Shown one piece after another: positions 40,552 to 50,824 of a DNA stretch of 64,000 nt. Made by a program: the position numbers and the translations under genes. The stretch's first letter is position 1. Every line of letters begins with the position of its first letter. Origin of the DNA: Microgenomates group bacterium GW2011_GWC1_46_15 (GTDB lineage: Bacteria > Patescibacteriota > Microgenomatia > UBA1400 > UBA12028). Below the pieces are notes generated by a model. That model did no database searches and was not told where the DNA came from. It saw only the letters and a program-made list of their open reading frames with translations. The DNA lies in assembly GCA_001002285.1 (NCBI GenBank), contig LCLX01000001.1, positions 128,030 to 192,029 of the forward strand, in the 5' to 3' direction.

Positions 40552-41105
40552 ACAGACTCCATAAAACATACATAGAAACAATCCTGCCGGCGCTCAAAAA
40601 AGAATTTGGACGGGAAAACACGTTGTCCATTCCACGGTTGACGAAAATTGTCGTGAGTGTTGGCGTGGGAACAAAAGAGGATAACCATGATAAAGCATTG
40701 GTAAGCGTTGCAGAACAGCTCGCAATCATTACCGGCCAAAAACCAAAGAAAACCATCGCAAAACAAGCGATCGCGGGATTCAAAACACGCCAAGGTGATG
40801 TGATCGGCCTCATGGTAACGCTTCACGGAGACAGAATGTGGGAGTTTATGGATAAGTTAAGCAGCATCGTGCTCCCACGCGTGAAAGACTTTCAGGGGAT
40901 TTCAAATACGGGATTTGATGGGCACGGAAACTACAATCTTGGTATGACTGAACAGATTGTGTTTCCAGAGATAGAATATGATAAAATTGACCGCATTCGT
41001 GGTCTCCAAGTAACGATTGTGACGTCGGCAAAAAATGACGTGGAAGCAAAAAAACTTCTCGTCTTGCTCGGTGTTCCATTCGCAAAAGTGGAGAGTGCGT
41101 CATAA
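40548..41105 (+). CDS. rplE: 50S ribosomal protein L5
   Basis: ITGQKP, LPRVKDFQG, EQIVFPEI. Confidence 0.98.
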   Translation: MNRLHKTYIETILPALKKEFGRENTLSIPRLTKIVVSVGVGTKEDNHDKALVSVAEQLAIITGQKPKKTIAKQAIAGFKTRQGDVIGLMVTLHGDRMWEFMDKLSSIVLPRVKDFQGISNTGFDGHGNYNLGMTEQIVFPEIEYDKIDRIRGLQVTIVTSAKNDVEAKKLLVLLGVPFAKVESAS

Positions 41106-41121
41106 ATGAGAGGGGATACGT

Positions 41122-41316
41122 ATGGCAAAAATATCGAAAATTAATAAAACAAACAAGCAGAACAAATCGGGAAAATTCTCGACGCGCAAAATGCACAGAT
41201 GTTCGTTGTGTGGCAGACCACGCGCGTACATCCGCCTTTTTGGCGTATGCCGGTTGTGTTTCCGCGAACTTGTTGCAAAAGGAGAACTGCCGGGAGTGAC
41301 GAAAGCGAGTTTTTAA
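41122..41316 (+). CDS. rpsN: 30S ribosomal protein S14 (zinc-binding type Z)
   Basis: RCSLCGRPR...CRLCFRE. Confidence 0.97.
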   Translation: MAKISKINKTNKQNKSGKFSTRKMHRCSLCGRPRAYIRLFGVCRLCFRELVAKGELPGVTKASF

Positions 41317-41324
41317 AGGGAGAT

Positions 41325-41714
41325 ATGACAGATACTATTGCTGACATGATTACAAGACTGCGGAATGGATACGCCGCGCATAAAACGACTGTAGATATGC
41401 CGCACTCAAAACAAAAAGAGGCGATTGGTCGTTTGCTCGAAAAAGAGCAGTACATTGAAAAACTCGAGGTTACCGGCGAAGGTGTTGAAAAAGCACTTGT
41501 ATTATCGCTCAAGTACACAGAAAAGAGACCAGTATTAACAGGTATCGTGCGTCTTTCAAAGCCGGGCTTGCGCAAGTACAGTCCAGCAAACCGCATTCCA
41601 CGCTCATTGGGTGGATACGGATTGACGATTGTGTCAACGAGTATGGGCATTATGAGTGACAAAGAAGCGAAAAAGAAAGGTGTTGGAGGAGAACTGCTTT
41701 GCAGTGTCTGGTAA
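41325..41714 (+). CDS. rpsH: 30S ribosomal protein S8
   Basis: MTDTIADMITRLRN, SKPGLR, GGELLC; GGGAG SD. Confidence 0.97.
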   Translation: MTDTIADMITRLRNGYAAHKTTVDMPHSKQKEAIGRLLEKEQYIEKLEVTGEGVEKALVLSLKYTEKRPVLTGIVRLSKPGLRKYSPANRIPRSLGGYGLTIVSTSMGIMSDKEAKKKGVGGELLCSVW

Positions 41715-41719
41715 AACAT

Positions 41720-42277
41720 ATGTCAAGAATTGGAAATACCGCAATCACTATTCCGCAGGGAGTTACGGTTACCGTGCAGGAAGGTTTTATTCTTGTAAAA
41801 GGGCCGAAGGGTGAACTGCGCGAAAACATGCAACCCAGTATCGAAGTTTCGATTGCCGATGGTATTGTGCGTGTTTCACGCAAGGGTGAAGATAAGCAGG
41901 TAAAGTCTTCTCATGGACTTGTGCGCAGTCTTATCAACAACATGATTATTGGGGTAACGCAGGGATTTGAGAAGCGTTTAGAAATGGTTGGGACAGGATA
42001 CCGCGCTGCGTTGCAAGGAACAACGTTGGTTCTCGCGGTTGGTTTTTCCCATCCAGTGGAAGTTGCCCAGCCACAAGGCATCACGTTTGCTGTTGATGGA
42101 AATAGCAAGATCTCTATAAAAGGCATCAGCAAACACGATGTTGGACAGATTGCCGCAAACATCCGCGACATTAAACCTCCTGAGCCGTACAAAGGCAAAG
42201 GAATTAAGTATGAGGGTGAAGTTGTCCGCAGAAAAGCAGGAAAGGCTGTAAAGGCAGTAGGAGCGGCGACGGCATAA
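41720..42277 (+). CDS. rplF: 50S ribosomal protein L6
   Basis: MSRIG, VKGPKG, PEPYKGKGI. Confidence 0.98.
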   Translation: MSRIGNTAITIPQGVTVTVQEGFILVKGPKGELRENMQPSIEVSIADGIVRVSRKGEDKQVKSSHGLVRSLINNMIIGVTQGFEKRLEMVGTGYRAALQGTTLVLAVGFSHPVEVAQPQGITFAVDGNSKISIKGISKHDVGQIAANIRDIKPPEPYKGKGIKYEGEVVRRKAGKAVKAVGAATA

Positions 42278-42312
42278 AAATCGGCATTACCGCTGATACA
42301 ACAAGGAAAACT

Positions 42313-42666
42313 ATGAGTAAAATACATCACACAGTTACAGCAGCAGACCGCAGAAAGAAGAGAGTCCGCGCGAAGCTTCACGGAACGAAAGATCGCCCGC
42401 GCGCAAGTGTACAGCGATCAAGTAAACACGTGTACATACAAGCAATTGACGACGATGCGTGTGTAACATTGGTAGCCGCGTCGGAACACGATGTTGAAGA
42501 AAAAGGAACAAAGATTGAGCGCGCAACAATGGTTGCGAAAGCGTTTGCCGAAAAATTGAAAAAAGCAAAGATCACAACGGTTGTGTTTGATAGAGGAAGT
42601 TACCGGTATTTTGGACGCGTCAAAGCAGTTGCTGATGCGCTCAGAGAAGCAGGAATAAAAGTATGA
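42313..42666 (+). CDS. rplR: 50S ribosomal protein L18
   Basis: RPR..V.RS.KH, VFDRGSY.Y.GRV. Confidence 0.97.
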   Translation: MSKIHHTVTAADRRKKRVRAKLHGTKDRPRASVQRSSKHVYIQAIDDDACVTLVAASEHDVEEKGTKIERATMVAKAFAEKLKKAKITTVVFDRGSYRYFGRVKAVADALREAGIKV

Positions 42667-43394
42667 GAAGTAACACACAGCGTCGTGATAATCGGCAGGA
42701 TCGCGAACCAAAAGAGTTCGAGGAAAAAGTTGTTCAGATTAACCGCGTTTCAAAGAAAACGAAAGGTGGTAATCAATCTGGATTTTCCGCGCTTGTTGTT
42801 GTCGGCAATAAAAAAGGAAAAGTCGGTGTTGGACTTGGCAAAGCAAAAGACGTAGCTTCGGCCGTGCAAAAAGGTGTGAAGAAAGCAAAACGCAAAATGT
42901 TGGATATCCCAATGGATGGAACAACGATTCCATTCGCGATTAACATGAAGTTGGGTGCGGCACACATTTTGTTGAAGCCCGCTCCACCTGGAAGTGGAAT
43001 TATTGCCGGCGGTGCAGTCCGCGCGGTTGTTGATGCCGCTGGAATCCGTGACATTTCAAGCAAAATTAAAGGAACATCAAACCAAGCATCGAACGTGTAC
43101 GCGACGCTTGAAGCACTCCGCCAAATCCGCGACATTGTTGCGAATAAAGGCATCGTATTGAAGTCTGCGGAACAAGTTGAGCGTGAAGAAAGAGAAGCGC
43201 TCAAACGACAGTTTGAAAAAGAACATCCAAAAGAAGTTTCACCAGTTAAAACAGAACAAAAAGTGGAGCAAAAGAAAAAACCAGAAGTAAAAAAAGAACA
43301 AAAGGTAGAACCAAAACCCAAAGTAGAACCCAAAGCAGAACCAAAAACAGCACCGAAAACAGAGGTAAAGGAAAAAGATAACGCGAAAGCATAA
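42663..43394 (+). CDS. rpsE: 30S ribosomal protein S5
   Basis: RVSKKTKGG, PAPPGSGIIAGG; K/E/P-rich tail. Confidence 0.97.
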   Translation: MRSNTQRRDNRQDREPKEFEEKVVQINRVSKKTKGGNQSGFSALVVVGNKKGKVGVGLGKAKDVASAVQKGVKKAKRKMLDIPMDGTTIPFAINMKLGAAHILLKPAPPGSGIIAGGAVRAVVDAAGIRDISSKIKGTSNQASNVYATLEALRQIRDIVANKGIVLKSAEQVEREEREALKRQFEKEHPKEVSPVKTEQKVEQKKKPEVKKEQKVEPKPKVEPKAEPKTAPKTEVKEKDNAKA

Positions 43395-43397
43395 TCT

Positions 43398-43835
43398 ATG
43401 AAATTGAATACATTACCACCAGTCTCAGAAGTTGGAAAAAAGCGGTTGGGACGCGGGTACGGTTCTGGCAAGGGCGGGCACACATCCGGCCGTGGAACCA
43501 AAGGCCAGCGATCACGCACGGGCAAAGGTATTCCACTGTGGTTTGAGGGTGGAGCGCTTCCATTAATCAAACGTTTGCCATTTATCCGTGGAAAGTCCCG
43601 CTTTGGATCAATTGACCGCAAACCACAGCTTGTGACACTCGCCGAACTCAACGCATTAAAAGAAAAAGAAATAACTCCCGAAGTGCTTTTTGCGCACAAA
43701 CTTATCCACAACGTTCATCTTTCGGTAAAAATCGTTGGAAAAGGCGAACTTAAAAACACGTACGTTCTACACAATATTCGGGCGTCGGGCCCCGCGAAGG
43801 CGCTGATTGAAAAAGCCGGCGGAACACTCGACTGA
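43398..43835 (+). CDS. rplO: 50S ribosomal protein L15
   Basis: [21 protein letters not shown]. Confidence 0.97.
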   Translation: MKLNTLPPVSEVGKKRLGRGYGSGKGGHTSGRGTKGQRSRTGKGIPLWFEGGALPLIKRLPFIRGKSRFGSIDRKPQLVTLAELNALKEKEITPEVLFAHKLIHNVHLSVKIVGKGELKNTYVLHNIRASGPAKALIEKAGGTLD

Positions 43836-43848
43836 AAGGGTAAGACCA

Positions 43849-45135
43849 GTGAATCGAGTCACATCGATACTTCGTAGTATCTGGTCAACACACGAGTTAC
43901 GGAAGAAACTGCTGTTTACCGCGGGCATGTTTTTGGTATTCAGACTTCTCGGCCATATCCCCGTTCCCTCTGTTGATATTCTTAGCCTCCGGGCATTATT
44001 CGCGCAAAGCCAACTTCTTGGAATGATTGATATTTTTTCCGGCGGAACGCTCGCGAATTTTTCGATTCTAGCAATCGGTATTAACCCCTACATCACTGCG
44101 TCTATCATCATGCAGTTAGCGACATTTTTGTTTCCAAAACTCAAAGAACTCTCCAAAGAAGGCGAGTCCGGCCGCGAGCTCATCAACCAGTACACGCGGT
44201 TGCTTACCGTTCCAGTCGCGGTCATTCAAAGCATTAGTGTATTGCTGATTCTCAACGGCCAATCGCTCATTCAAACAAAAGATCCACTACATATTGTCGC
44301 GATGATCTTCACATTGGTTGCGGGTTCACTTATCACGGTATGGATTGGTGAACTTATTACGTTGTACGGTATCGGCAATGGTATTTCATTATTGATCTTT
44401 GCTGGAATTGTCGGCCGTGTACCAATTTCTGCGCTCCAAACATTATCGATTTCTCAAACAATCAATCCATTTATGCTGATTTTCATCGCGTTTATGGCGG
44501 TTGTTGTTATCGGACTGATGGTGTTTATGAATGAAGCCATCCGAAAAGTCCCCATTCAATACGCGACGCGCGCGCGCGGAAGCAGAACATACGGTGGACA
44601 GACAACTCACCTGCCGTTGCGCGTCAACCAGGCCGGCGTACTCCCCATCATTTTCGCGGTCTCATTTATGCTCGTTCCAAGTTTACTGGCGCGGGTTTTT
44701 CAGCAAGCAAATCAGCCGTTTTTGAACTCGATCGCGACAACCATGACTGCATGGTTCCAGCCGGGTTCGATTGTGTACACCATCATCTACTTTGTGTTAG
44801 TCGTCGCCTTTACCTACTTCTCAACCGCGGTGTTGTTTAATCCCAAAGATTTGGCAGAAGACCTTAAGAAGAGTGGTGCCTTTATTCCAGGAATGCGTCC
44901 TGGAAAGCCAACAGAGAACTACTTAACATATGTCATTACAAGGATTACAATTGCGGGCGCTGTCTTTTTAGGAGTCGTCGCGATTCTGCCCTCCATTGCT
45001 CAGCAGTTTACTGGAATCTCGACGCTCACGATCGGTGGGACGGGGTTGTTGATCGTTGTGTCGGTTGTGTTGGAAACAGCCAAACAACTGCAGTCTATGC
45101 TGGTCGCGCAGCACTATGAACGGTTTTTATCGTAA
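43849..45135 (+). CDS. secY: Preprotein translocase SecY
   Basis: [33 protein letters not shown]; GTG start inferred. Confidence 0.98.
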   Translation: MNRVTSILRSIWSTHELRKKLLFTAGMFLVFRLLGHIPVPSVDILSLRALFAQSQLLGMIDIFSGGTLANFSILAIGINPYITASIIMQLATFLFPKLKELSKEGESGRELINQYTRLLTVPVAVIQSISVLLILNGQSLIQTKDPLHIVAMIFTLVAGSLITVWIGELITLYGIGNGISLLIFAGIVGRVPISALQTLSISQTINPFMLIFIAFMAVVVIGLMVFMNEAIRKVPIQYATRARGSRTYGGQTTHLPLRVNQAGVLPIIFAVSFMLVPSLLARVFQQANQPFLNSIATTMTAWFQPGSIVYTIIYFVLVVAFTYFSTAVLFNPKDLAEDLKKSGAFIPGMRPGKPTENYLTYVITRITIAGAVFLGVVAILPSIAQQFTGISTLTIGGTGLLIVVSVVLETAKQLQSMLVAQHYERFLS

Positions 45136-45159
45136 ACGGAACAAAACAGGAGACTATAT

Positions 45160-45702
45160 ATGTTAAAACTTATTTTGATCGGCATTCAGGGAGCCGGAAA
45201 ATCAACACAAGGAAACTTATTGTCGCAGAAACTCGACATTCCCTACTTGTCTAGCGGACACATTTTCCGCGAAATGGCAAAGGAAAAAACCCCGCTCGGC
45301 CGGTTTTTGAAAGAAACAATGAACGCGGGCGCGCTTATTCCCGACGACAAAACAATCGAAATTATCGAAGAGTACTTAGCCAAACCCGAGTATGCAAAAG
45401 GATACATTTTAGATGGATTCCCACGCACAACCAAACAGGCCGAGATCTTTTCGAACGGCGTAGACAAAGTGATTTATCTCAAAGTTTCTGATAAAGAAGC
45501 GCTGTGGAGGATCTCTGGGCGTATGAGTGACCGTGAAGACGAAACGCTCATGGCAATCCGCAAGCGCATCGAACTGTTTCACGAGTTTACGGAGCCGGTA
45601 ATCGCGTACTACGGATCACAAGGAAGACTGGTTGAGGTAGACGGAGAACGGGACATTCAGGAAATCTTTAATGACATCCTCACACATGTTGAAGCAAAGT
45701 GA
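45160..45702 (+). CDS. adk: Adenylate kinase (short, LID-less type)
   Basis: GIQGAGKST, LDGFPRT. Confidence 0.95.
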   Translation: MLKLILIGIQGAGKSTQGNLLSQKLDIPYLSSGHIFREMAKEKTPLGRFLKETMNAGALIPDDKTIEIIEEYLAKPEYAKGYILDGFPRTTKQAEIFSNGVDKVIYLKVSDKEALWRISGRMSDREDETLMAIRKRIELFHEFTEPVIAYYGSQGRLVEVDGERDIQEIFNDILTHVEAK

Positions 45703-46459
45703 TAACGAGCGTATTTCTGCGATGCGTGAAGGCGGTAAAATTCTCGCTCGCGTTCGTGAAGAGATTGTCCGAACAATACAACCAGGGGTTTCATTTGAAG
45801 AGCTTGAACAGACCGCGCAACTATGGCTCAAAAAACTCCGAGCAGAACCTTCTTTTCCAACCGTTGAAGGATACCAATGGGCGACGTGTATCACTAAAAA
45901 TGAAGGGTGTTGCCATGGGATCCCCAAGAATGGCGTTGTTAACAACGGCGACATTATGACCATAGACACGGGGGCGTTGTACAAAGGCTATCATACCGAT
46001 ACCTCGATTACCGTATGCGCGGGGACGTGCACAAAAGAGGTTCTGCGTTTTCTTGAAGTTGGCCGCCAGGCGTTAAAAGCCGCTATTGCCCGGGTTTTAC
46101 CTGGAAACACTATCTACGTGGTAAGCCAGGCAATGCAAGATGTCATTGAGAAGGCGGGGTACCGGTCTGTGTACCAGCTTACAGGGCATGGAATTGGCAA
46201 AACGCTCCACATGCTCCCCAACATTCCGTGTTATGCAGACGAACGGAGCAAAAAGGACATTATTCAGGAGGGGCAGACGCTTGCGATTGAGCCCATGTAC
46301 GCCTGGGGAAATCCCACGTTGGCGCTTGGGAAAGACGGCTGGACGTATGAAACCGTAGACAAGTCCTTGACTGGGATGTTTGAACACACTGTGGTTGCGT
46401 GGAACGATGGCCCAGAGGTGCTAACGGATTCCCCTCTTGAGAAAGGTCAAGGCATCTGA
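45671..46459 (+). CDS. map: Methionine aminopeptidase type I
   Basis: HGIP, D.G...GYHTD, GHGIG, AIEPM, FEHT; start at 45671 or 45686. Confidence 0.95.
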   Translation: MTSSHMLKQSDNERISAMREGGKILARVREEIVRTIQPGVSFEELEQTAQLWLKKLRAEPSFPTVEGYQWATCITKNEGCCHGIPKNGVVNNGDIMTIDTGALYKGYHTDTSITVCAGTCTKEVLRFLEVGRQALKAAIARVLPGNTIYVVSQAMQDVIEKAGYRSVYQLTGHGIGKTLHMLPNIPCYADERSKKDIIQEGQTLAIEPMYAWGNPTLALGKDGWTYETVDKSLTGMFEHTVVAWNDGPEVLTDSPLEKGQGI

Positions 46460-46520
46460 TAGAATGCGCAAAGCCTCAAAGGAGGCATTGTTTTTCTTTG
46501 CTAAAAACACATTGGAGGAT

Positions 46521-46760
46521 ATGGCAGATAAGCAGGATATATTTGAAGTCGAAGGAGAAGTACTTGAGGTGCTTCCCAACATGATGTTCCGTGTCATGGT
46601 GAAGTCGGGCCCGGAAGACTTGGTTGGAAGAATGCTCCTGTGCACACTCGCTGGAAAAATGCGGATGTACAGAATCAGGGTTTTACTCGGAGATATGATC
46701 AAGGCAGAAGTATCGAAGTATGACATGTCGAGAGGTAGAATTACGTTTAGAGTGAAGTAA
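46521..46760 (+). CDS. infA: Translation initiation factor IF-1
   Basis: [14 protein letters not shown]...IRVLLGD, RGRITFR; GGAGG SD; TTGAGA-17-TAGAAT promoter upstream. Confidence 0.96.
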   Translation: MADKQDIFEVEGEVLEVLPNMMFRVMVKSGPEDLVGRMLLCTLAGKMRMYRIRVLLGDMIKAEVSKYDMSRGRITFRVK

Positions 46761-46762
46761 CT

Positions 46763-46876
46763 ATGAAAGTAAAAGCATCAATTAAACCACGGTGTAAAGA
46801 CTGCAAAGCGGTCCGTCGCCATGGCAAGCGATACATTGTCTGTAAAAACCCCAAACATAAACAGAGGCAAGGATAA
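46763..46876 (+). CDS. rpmJ: 50S ribosomal protein L36
   Basis: Manual translation [37 protein letters not shown]. Confidence 0.97.
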   Translation: MKVKASIKPRCKDCKAVRRHGKRYIVCKNPKHKQRQG

Positions 46877-46879
46877 ATC

Positions 46880-47308
46880 ATGCCCCGTATCGTAGGAATT
46901 GATATACCAGTACAGAAAAAAACATACGTTGCGTTGACATACGTGTACGGCGTTGGACGGCACAATGTCCGAGACATTTTGAAAGAAGCACATGTTGACG
47001 GCGACAAACGCGCAAAAGACTTAACGGTTGATGAAATCGCACGTCTTCAGCGCATTTTAGATAAAGTAAATACCGAGGGAAACCTCCGCAGAATGATCCG
47101 CGAAAATATTGAACGACTTAAGCGGATTGGATCATACCGCGGCGGACGGCATATGCACGGGCTTCCGGTCCGTGGACAGCGGACACGCGTGAATGCCCGC
47201 ACACGCAAGGGTAAGAAAAAGACGGTTGGAGCGCTTACAAAAGAGGCGGCAGAGAAACTTGGAGTGGTAGCGCCAGCAGACGCAGAAAAAACAAAAGAAA
47301 AGAAGTAG
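46880..47308 (+). CDS. rpsM: 30S ribosomal protein S13
   Basis: GLPVRGQRTRVNARTRKG. Confidence 0.98.
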   Translation: MPRIVGIDIPVQKKTYVALTYVYGVGRHNVRDILKEAHVDGDKRAKDLTVDEIARLQRILDKVNTEGNLRRMIRENIERLKRIGSYRGGRHMHGLPVRGQRTRVNARTRKGKKKTVGALTKEAAEKLGVVAPADAEKTKEKK

Positions 47309-47328
47309 CGCGTGAAAGGTAGATAGAT

Positions 47329-47715
47329 ATGGCAGATGAAACAACACCAATAAAAAAAGTGAAGCGGCACGTTCCAAAAGGACATATGTACGTGCAGGCG
47401 ACATTTAATAACACGATCGCAACAGTGACGGACGAACAGGGAAACACGCTCTGCTGGGGATCCACAGGAAACGCTGGATTTTCTGGATCGAGAAAATCAA
47501 CACCATACGCCGCAACGATGAGTGTTGAAAAAGCAGTATCAAAAGCAAAAGAGTTTGGAATGCGGTACATGGACGTGTTTATCAAAGGCCCAGGACCGGG
47601 CCGTGATGCAGCGCTTCGTGCGGTGCGTGCGGCAGGCATTCAAGTGTCCATGATCGCGGACGTTACACCGATTCCACACAATGGCACAAAACCAAGAAAG
47701 TTGAGACATGGCTAG
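47329..47715 (+). CDS. rpsK: 30S ribosomal protein S11
   Basis: ATFNNTI, KSTPYAA, DVTPIPHNG. Confidence 0.98.
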   Translation: MADETTPIKKVKRHVPKGHMYVQATFNNTIATVTDEQGNTLCWGSTGNAGFSGSRKSTPYAATMSVEKAVSKAKEFGMRYMDVFIKGPGPGRDAALRAVRAAGIQVSMIADVTPIPHNGTKPRKLRHG

Positions 47716-48316
47716 ACGGACAGGACCAAAAAACAGATTAGCGCGCAGAATTGGGGCAGATCTTGGTCTCAAAACGAACGCGCTCAAAACAAACCGTCGC
47801 ATCAACATCCGGCCGGGACTGCACGGGAAAAAGCAGCGCCGCAAAGGGACAGAGTACGGTGAACAGCTTACAGAAAAACAAAAAGTGAAGTTTATCTATG
47901 GTGTTTTAGAAAAACAGTTGCGCAAGTTGTATGAAAAAGCGACAAAAACACCAGCATCAACAGGGAAAGTTCTTCTCTCACTGCTTGAGCGGAGGTTGGA
48001 CAACGTGGTGTATCGGCTTGGATTTGCGCCAACCCGCGCTGCTGCCCGCCAAATGACCGCGCATGGACAAGTCAGAGTAAATGGAGCAAAGGTGAGTATC
48101 CCATCCTACTCGGTAACGATTGGAGAGGTCATCTCGCTGTCGGACAAAGGAATGAAGATTCCGGTTGTCGCAGAGTTATTGAAAGAAAAAGATAAGGCAG
48201 TTCCAGGATGGTTGGAACGCAGTGCGGCGGTTGGAAAAGTTTCCCGCCTTCCTGAAAGAGAAGAGATTGACGCAGGTATTAATGAGCAGCTGATTGTTGA
48301 GTTCTACAGCCGCTAA
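47708..48316 (+). CDS. rpsD: 30S ribosomal protein S4
   Basis: LERRLDNVVYRLG, EQLIVEFYSR. Confidence 0.98.
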   Translation: MARRTGPKNRLARRIGADLGLKTNALKTNRRINIRPGLHGKKQRRKGTEYGEQLTEKQKVKFIYGVLEKQLRKLYEKATKTPASTGKVLLSLLERRLDNVVYRLGFAPTRAAARQMTAHGQVRVNGAKVSIPSYSVTIGEVISLSDKGMKIPVVAELLKEKDKAVPGWLERSAAVGKVSRLPEREEIDAGINEQLIVEFYSR

Positions 48317-48432
48317 TATGTGTCGAAGAACAAAGGTATTGAAAAGTATACGTTGTTGATTGAAACAGAAGTGCGCCAGATGGTAGATGGAGCACGGGAC
48401 CCAATCAACATATAAAAGAAAAGGAGACTACC

Positions 48433-49353
48433 ATGATCCAACCAACATTTACCGTCGCTGAAGAGCAGAAAAAAGACGGATACGCGAAACTCGTTCTTGA
48501 GCCATTGGCACAAGGATACGGGCATACGCTTGGGAACGCATTGCGCAGAGTCATGCTTTCTTCGTTGCCTGGTTTTGCCATTACATCGGTAAAAATTCAG
48601 GGCGTGAATCATCAATTCACAACGCTCGAAGGGCTTCGTGAAGATATCGTCGAACTTGTCCTCAACATCAAACAGATCCGCCTCCGTTCAACAGTGAACA
48701 GCGCGGTTACACTGAAAATTGATGTTAAAGGAAAATCTGAAGTCACGGCAAAAGACATTGAAGCGCCAGCGGGTGTTGAAGTTGTGAACAAAGACCTCCA
48801 CCTCGCTTCGTTGTCCGACAAAACCGGTCTGCACGTTGAGTTAACGGCAGAACCCGGCGTTGGATACTCAATGGAAAGCGAGCGCAGAAGTTCCACAATT
48901 GGTATTATCCCAGTGGATGCGTTGTTCTCGCCTGTCGTAAAAGTTGCATACTCTATTGAGTCAACACGCGTTGGCCGCAGAACAGACTTTGACAAACTCG
49001 TTCTTCAGGTGTGGACAAATGGAACGATCGAGCCAAAGGCGGCGCTGGATGAAGCGGCAAAGATTTTGGTTGCCCATTTCCAACAGGTGTATAACCCAAT
49101 GATTGTTGAAGCGGTTGAAGAGGGTAAACCAGTTATGGCGGGACAGTTGGGTGACGCGATGAAGTTGACTGTCGAAGAGTTAGATCTTCCAACACGTATC
49201 GCGAACGCATTGCGCAAGGGCGGATACAAAACGGTTGAGGACCTCATAAAAGCAACACGCGGCGAAATCGCAAAGGTGAAAAATCTTGGTGAGAAAAGTG
49301 TAAAAACCGTTGAAGACGGTGTCAATAAGAAAGGATTCTCGCTCAAAGACTAG
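48433..49353 (+). CDS. rpoA: RNA polymerase alpha subunit
   Basis: EPLAQGYGHTLGNALRR, DALFSPV, KNLGEKS. Confidence 0.98.
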   Translation: MIQPTFTVAEEQKKDGYAKLVLEPLAQGYGHTLGNALRRVMLSSLPGFAITSVKIQGVNHQFTTLEGLREDIVELVLNIKQIRLRSTVNSAVTLKIDVKGKSEVTAKDIEAPAGVEVVNKDLHLASLSDKTGLHVELTAEPGVGYSMESERRSSTIGIIPVDALFSPVVKVAYSIESTRVGRRTDFDKLVLQVWTNGTIEPKAALDEAAKILVAHFQQVYNPMIVEAVEEGKPVMAGQLGDAMKLTVEELDLPTRIANALRKGGYKTVEDLIKATRGEIAKVKNLGEKSVKTVEDGVNKKGFSLKD

Positions 49354-49388
49354 TTTTTAATAACTAGGCGGATAGAAGAACAACGCAT

Positions 49389-49835
49389 ATGAGACACCGA
49401 CTTGCAGGAAGAACACTCGGAAGAAACACCAATCAGCGTAAAAAGCTGTTCAAAAACTTGGTGAGTTCGCTCATCGTGCACGGTGAGATCAAAACAACCG
49501 AAGCACGCGCGAAAGCTATCCGTGGCGTTGTGGATAAAATGATCCACAGAGCACAAGAGGGTACTATCGCGGCCCGCAGAGTGCTTGCGAAGTTCTTTGG
49601 CAAGAACGATATGGTGAATCGCCTTGTTGATGAGATTGCGCCGGCTATGAAAGATCGTACGAGTGGATTTACACGTATTCTTCATCTCGAAAACCGCAGG
49701 GGAGACGATGCGTTATTGGTGAAGATGGAGCTTGTTGTTAAGCCAGCGCCTCGAGTTATGCCAGAAAAGAAAGTGATAAAAAAGACGGTGAAAAAGGGTG
49801 TGGCTCCGTCTGCTGAAAAGAAAGTGGAAAAGTAA
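49389..49835 (+). CDS. rplQ: 50S ribosomal protein L17
   Basis: MRHR, IKTTEARAK, RRGDDA. Confidence 0.97.
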   Translation: MRHRLAGRTLGRNTNQRKKLFKNLVSSLIVHGEIKTTEARAKAIRGVVDKMIHRAQEGTIAARRVLAKFFGKNDMVNRLVDEIAPAMKDRTSGFTRILHLENRRGDDALLVKMELVVKPAPRVMPEKKVIKKTVKKGVAPSAEKKVEK

Positions 49836-50279
49836 ATGAGAACACTTACGTTTATGCAAAAACCAGCAGGACTCAAGCGCGAATGGAAGCTTGTTGACGT
49901 CAAAGGCAAAGTGCTTGGTGATGTCGCTCCGGAAATCGCGAGAATGCTGTTGGGAAAGACAAAGTCGACATACACTCCGCACATTGACTGTGGAGATTAT
50001 GTTATCGTCATCAACGCAAGACACGTTGTGGTGACGGGCAAAAAAGAAAACACTAAGATGTACTACCTGCACTCGGGATTCCCCGGCGGGTTGAGAAAAG
50101 AAACATTCGCGCAGGTGATGGAGAAAAATCCAGCACGCATTATCGAGCACGCTGTTCGTGGAATGTTGCCAAAAAATAAATTGCTCACGCCGCGTATGAG
50201 AAGAATGAAAGTGTTTAGTGAAGCAGAACATACATATGCAGATAAGTTTGGCAAAGCACACACGAAAGCGGAAAAATAA
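49836..50279 (+). CDS. rplM: 50S ribosomal protein L13
   Basis: YTPHIDCGD, HSGFPGG, AVRGMLPKN. Confidence 0.97.
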   Translation: MRTLTFMQKPAGLKREWKLVDVKGKVLGDVAPEIARMLLGKTKSTYTPHIDCGDYVIVINARHVVVTGKKENTKMYYLHSGFPGGLRKETFAQVMEKNPARIIEHAVRGMLPKNKLLTPRMRRMKVFSEAEHTYADKFGKAHTKAEK

Positions 50280-50289
50280 CGGAGATACT

Positions 50290-50802
50290 ATGGCACAACC
50301 ACGCATGAAAAAATCAGTTCCAATGAAAATTAAAAAAGTTGTAAAGGCTGTTGTTGCTCCACAAGGTGAGACAGTAGCAGTAGTAGCGCAGACTGGAAAG
50401 CGCTCGGCCGATGTGCTCACGATCGCCATTGGTCGGCGTAAAACGGCAACCGCACGTGTCCGCTTGTCCCACGGTGGAAATGTGTTTACCGTGAACGCAA
50501 AACCAGCAAAAGAATATTTTGGTTCTGTGGATCCATTCGGAGTCATTTTGATGCGGCCGTTTGTTTTCACTAACACCGTTGGAACATTTTCGCTCTCGGC
50601 AAAAGTAAATGGATCAGGAGTCCGCGCCCAACTGGATGCCGTCATTCATGGAGTGTCGCGCGCGCTTGTGAAAATTGATGAGTCACACAGAAAAACGTTG
50701 AAAGAACATGGTTTGTTGACCCGCGATGACCGCATGAAAGAGTCAAGAAAAATGGGCCAGGGCGGAAAAGCGCGCAAAGAGAAGCAGTCGCCAAAGCGTT
50801 AG
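50290..50802 (+). CDS. rpsI: 30S ribosomal protein S9
   Basis: GRRKTATARV, LLTRD.RMKE, QSPKR; GGAG SD. Confidence 0.96.
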   Translation: MAQPRMKKSVPMKIKKVVKAVVAPQGETVAVVAQTGKRSADVLTIAIGRRKTATARVRLSHGGNVFTVNAKPAKEYFGSVDPFGVILMRPFVFTNTVGTFSLSAKVNGSGVRAQLDAVIHGVSRALVKIDESHRKTLKEHGLLTRDDRMKESRKMGQGGKARKEKQSPKR

Positions 50803-50824
50803 TTTCCACATTTCACTGTGTTTT

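Noticed and set aside
48320-48415. 31-codon GTG ORF between rpsD and rpoA
   Set aside because: No SD, no motif, too short to support; possibly a remnant of an insertion.
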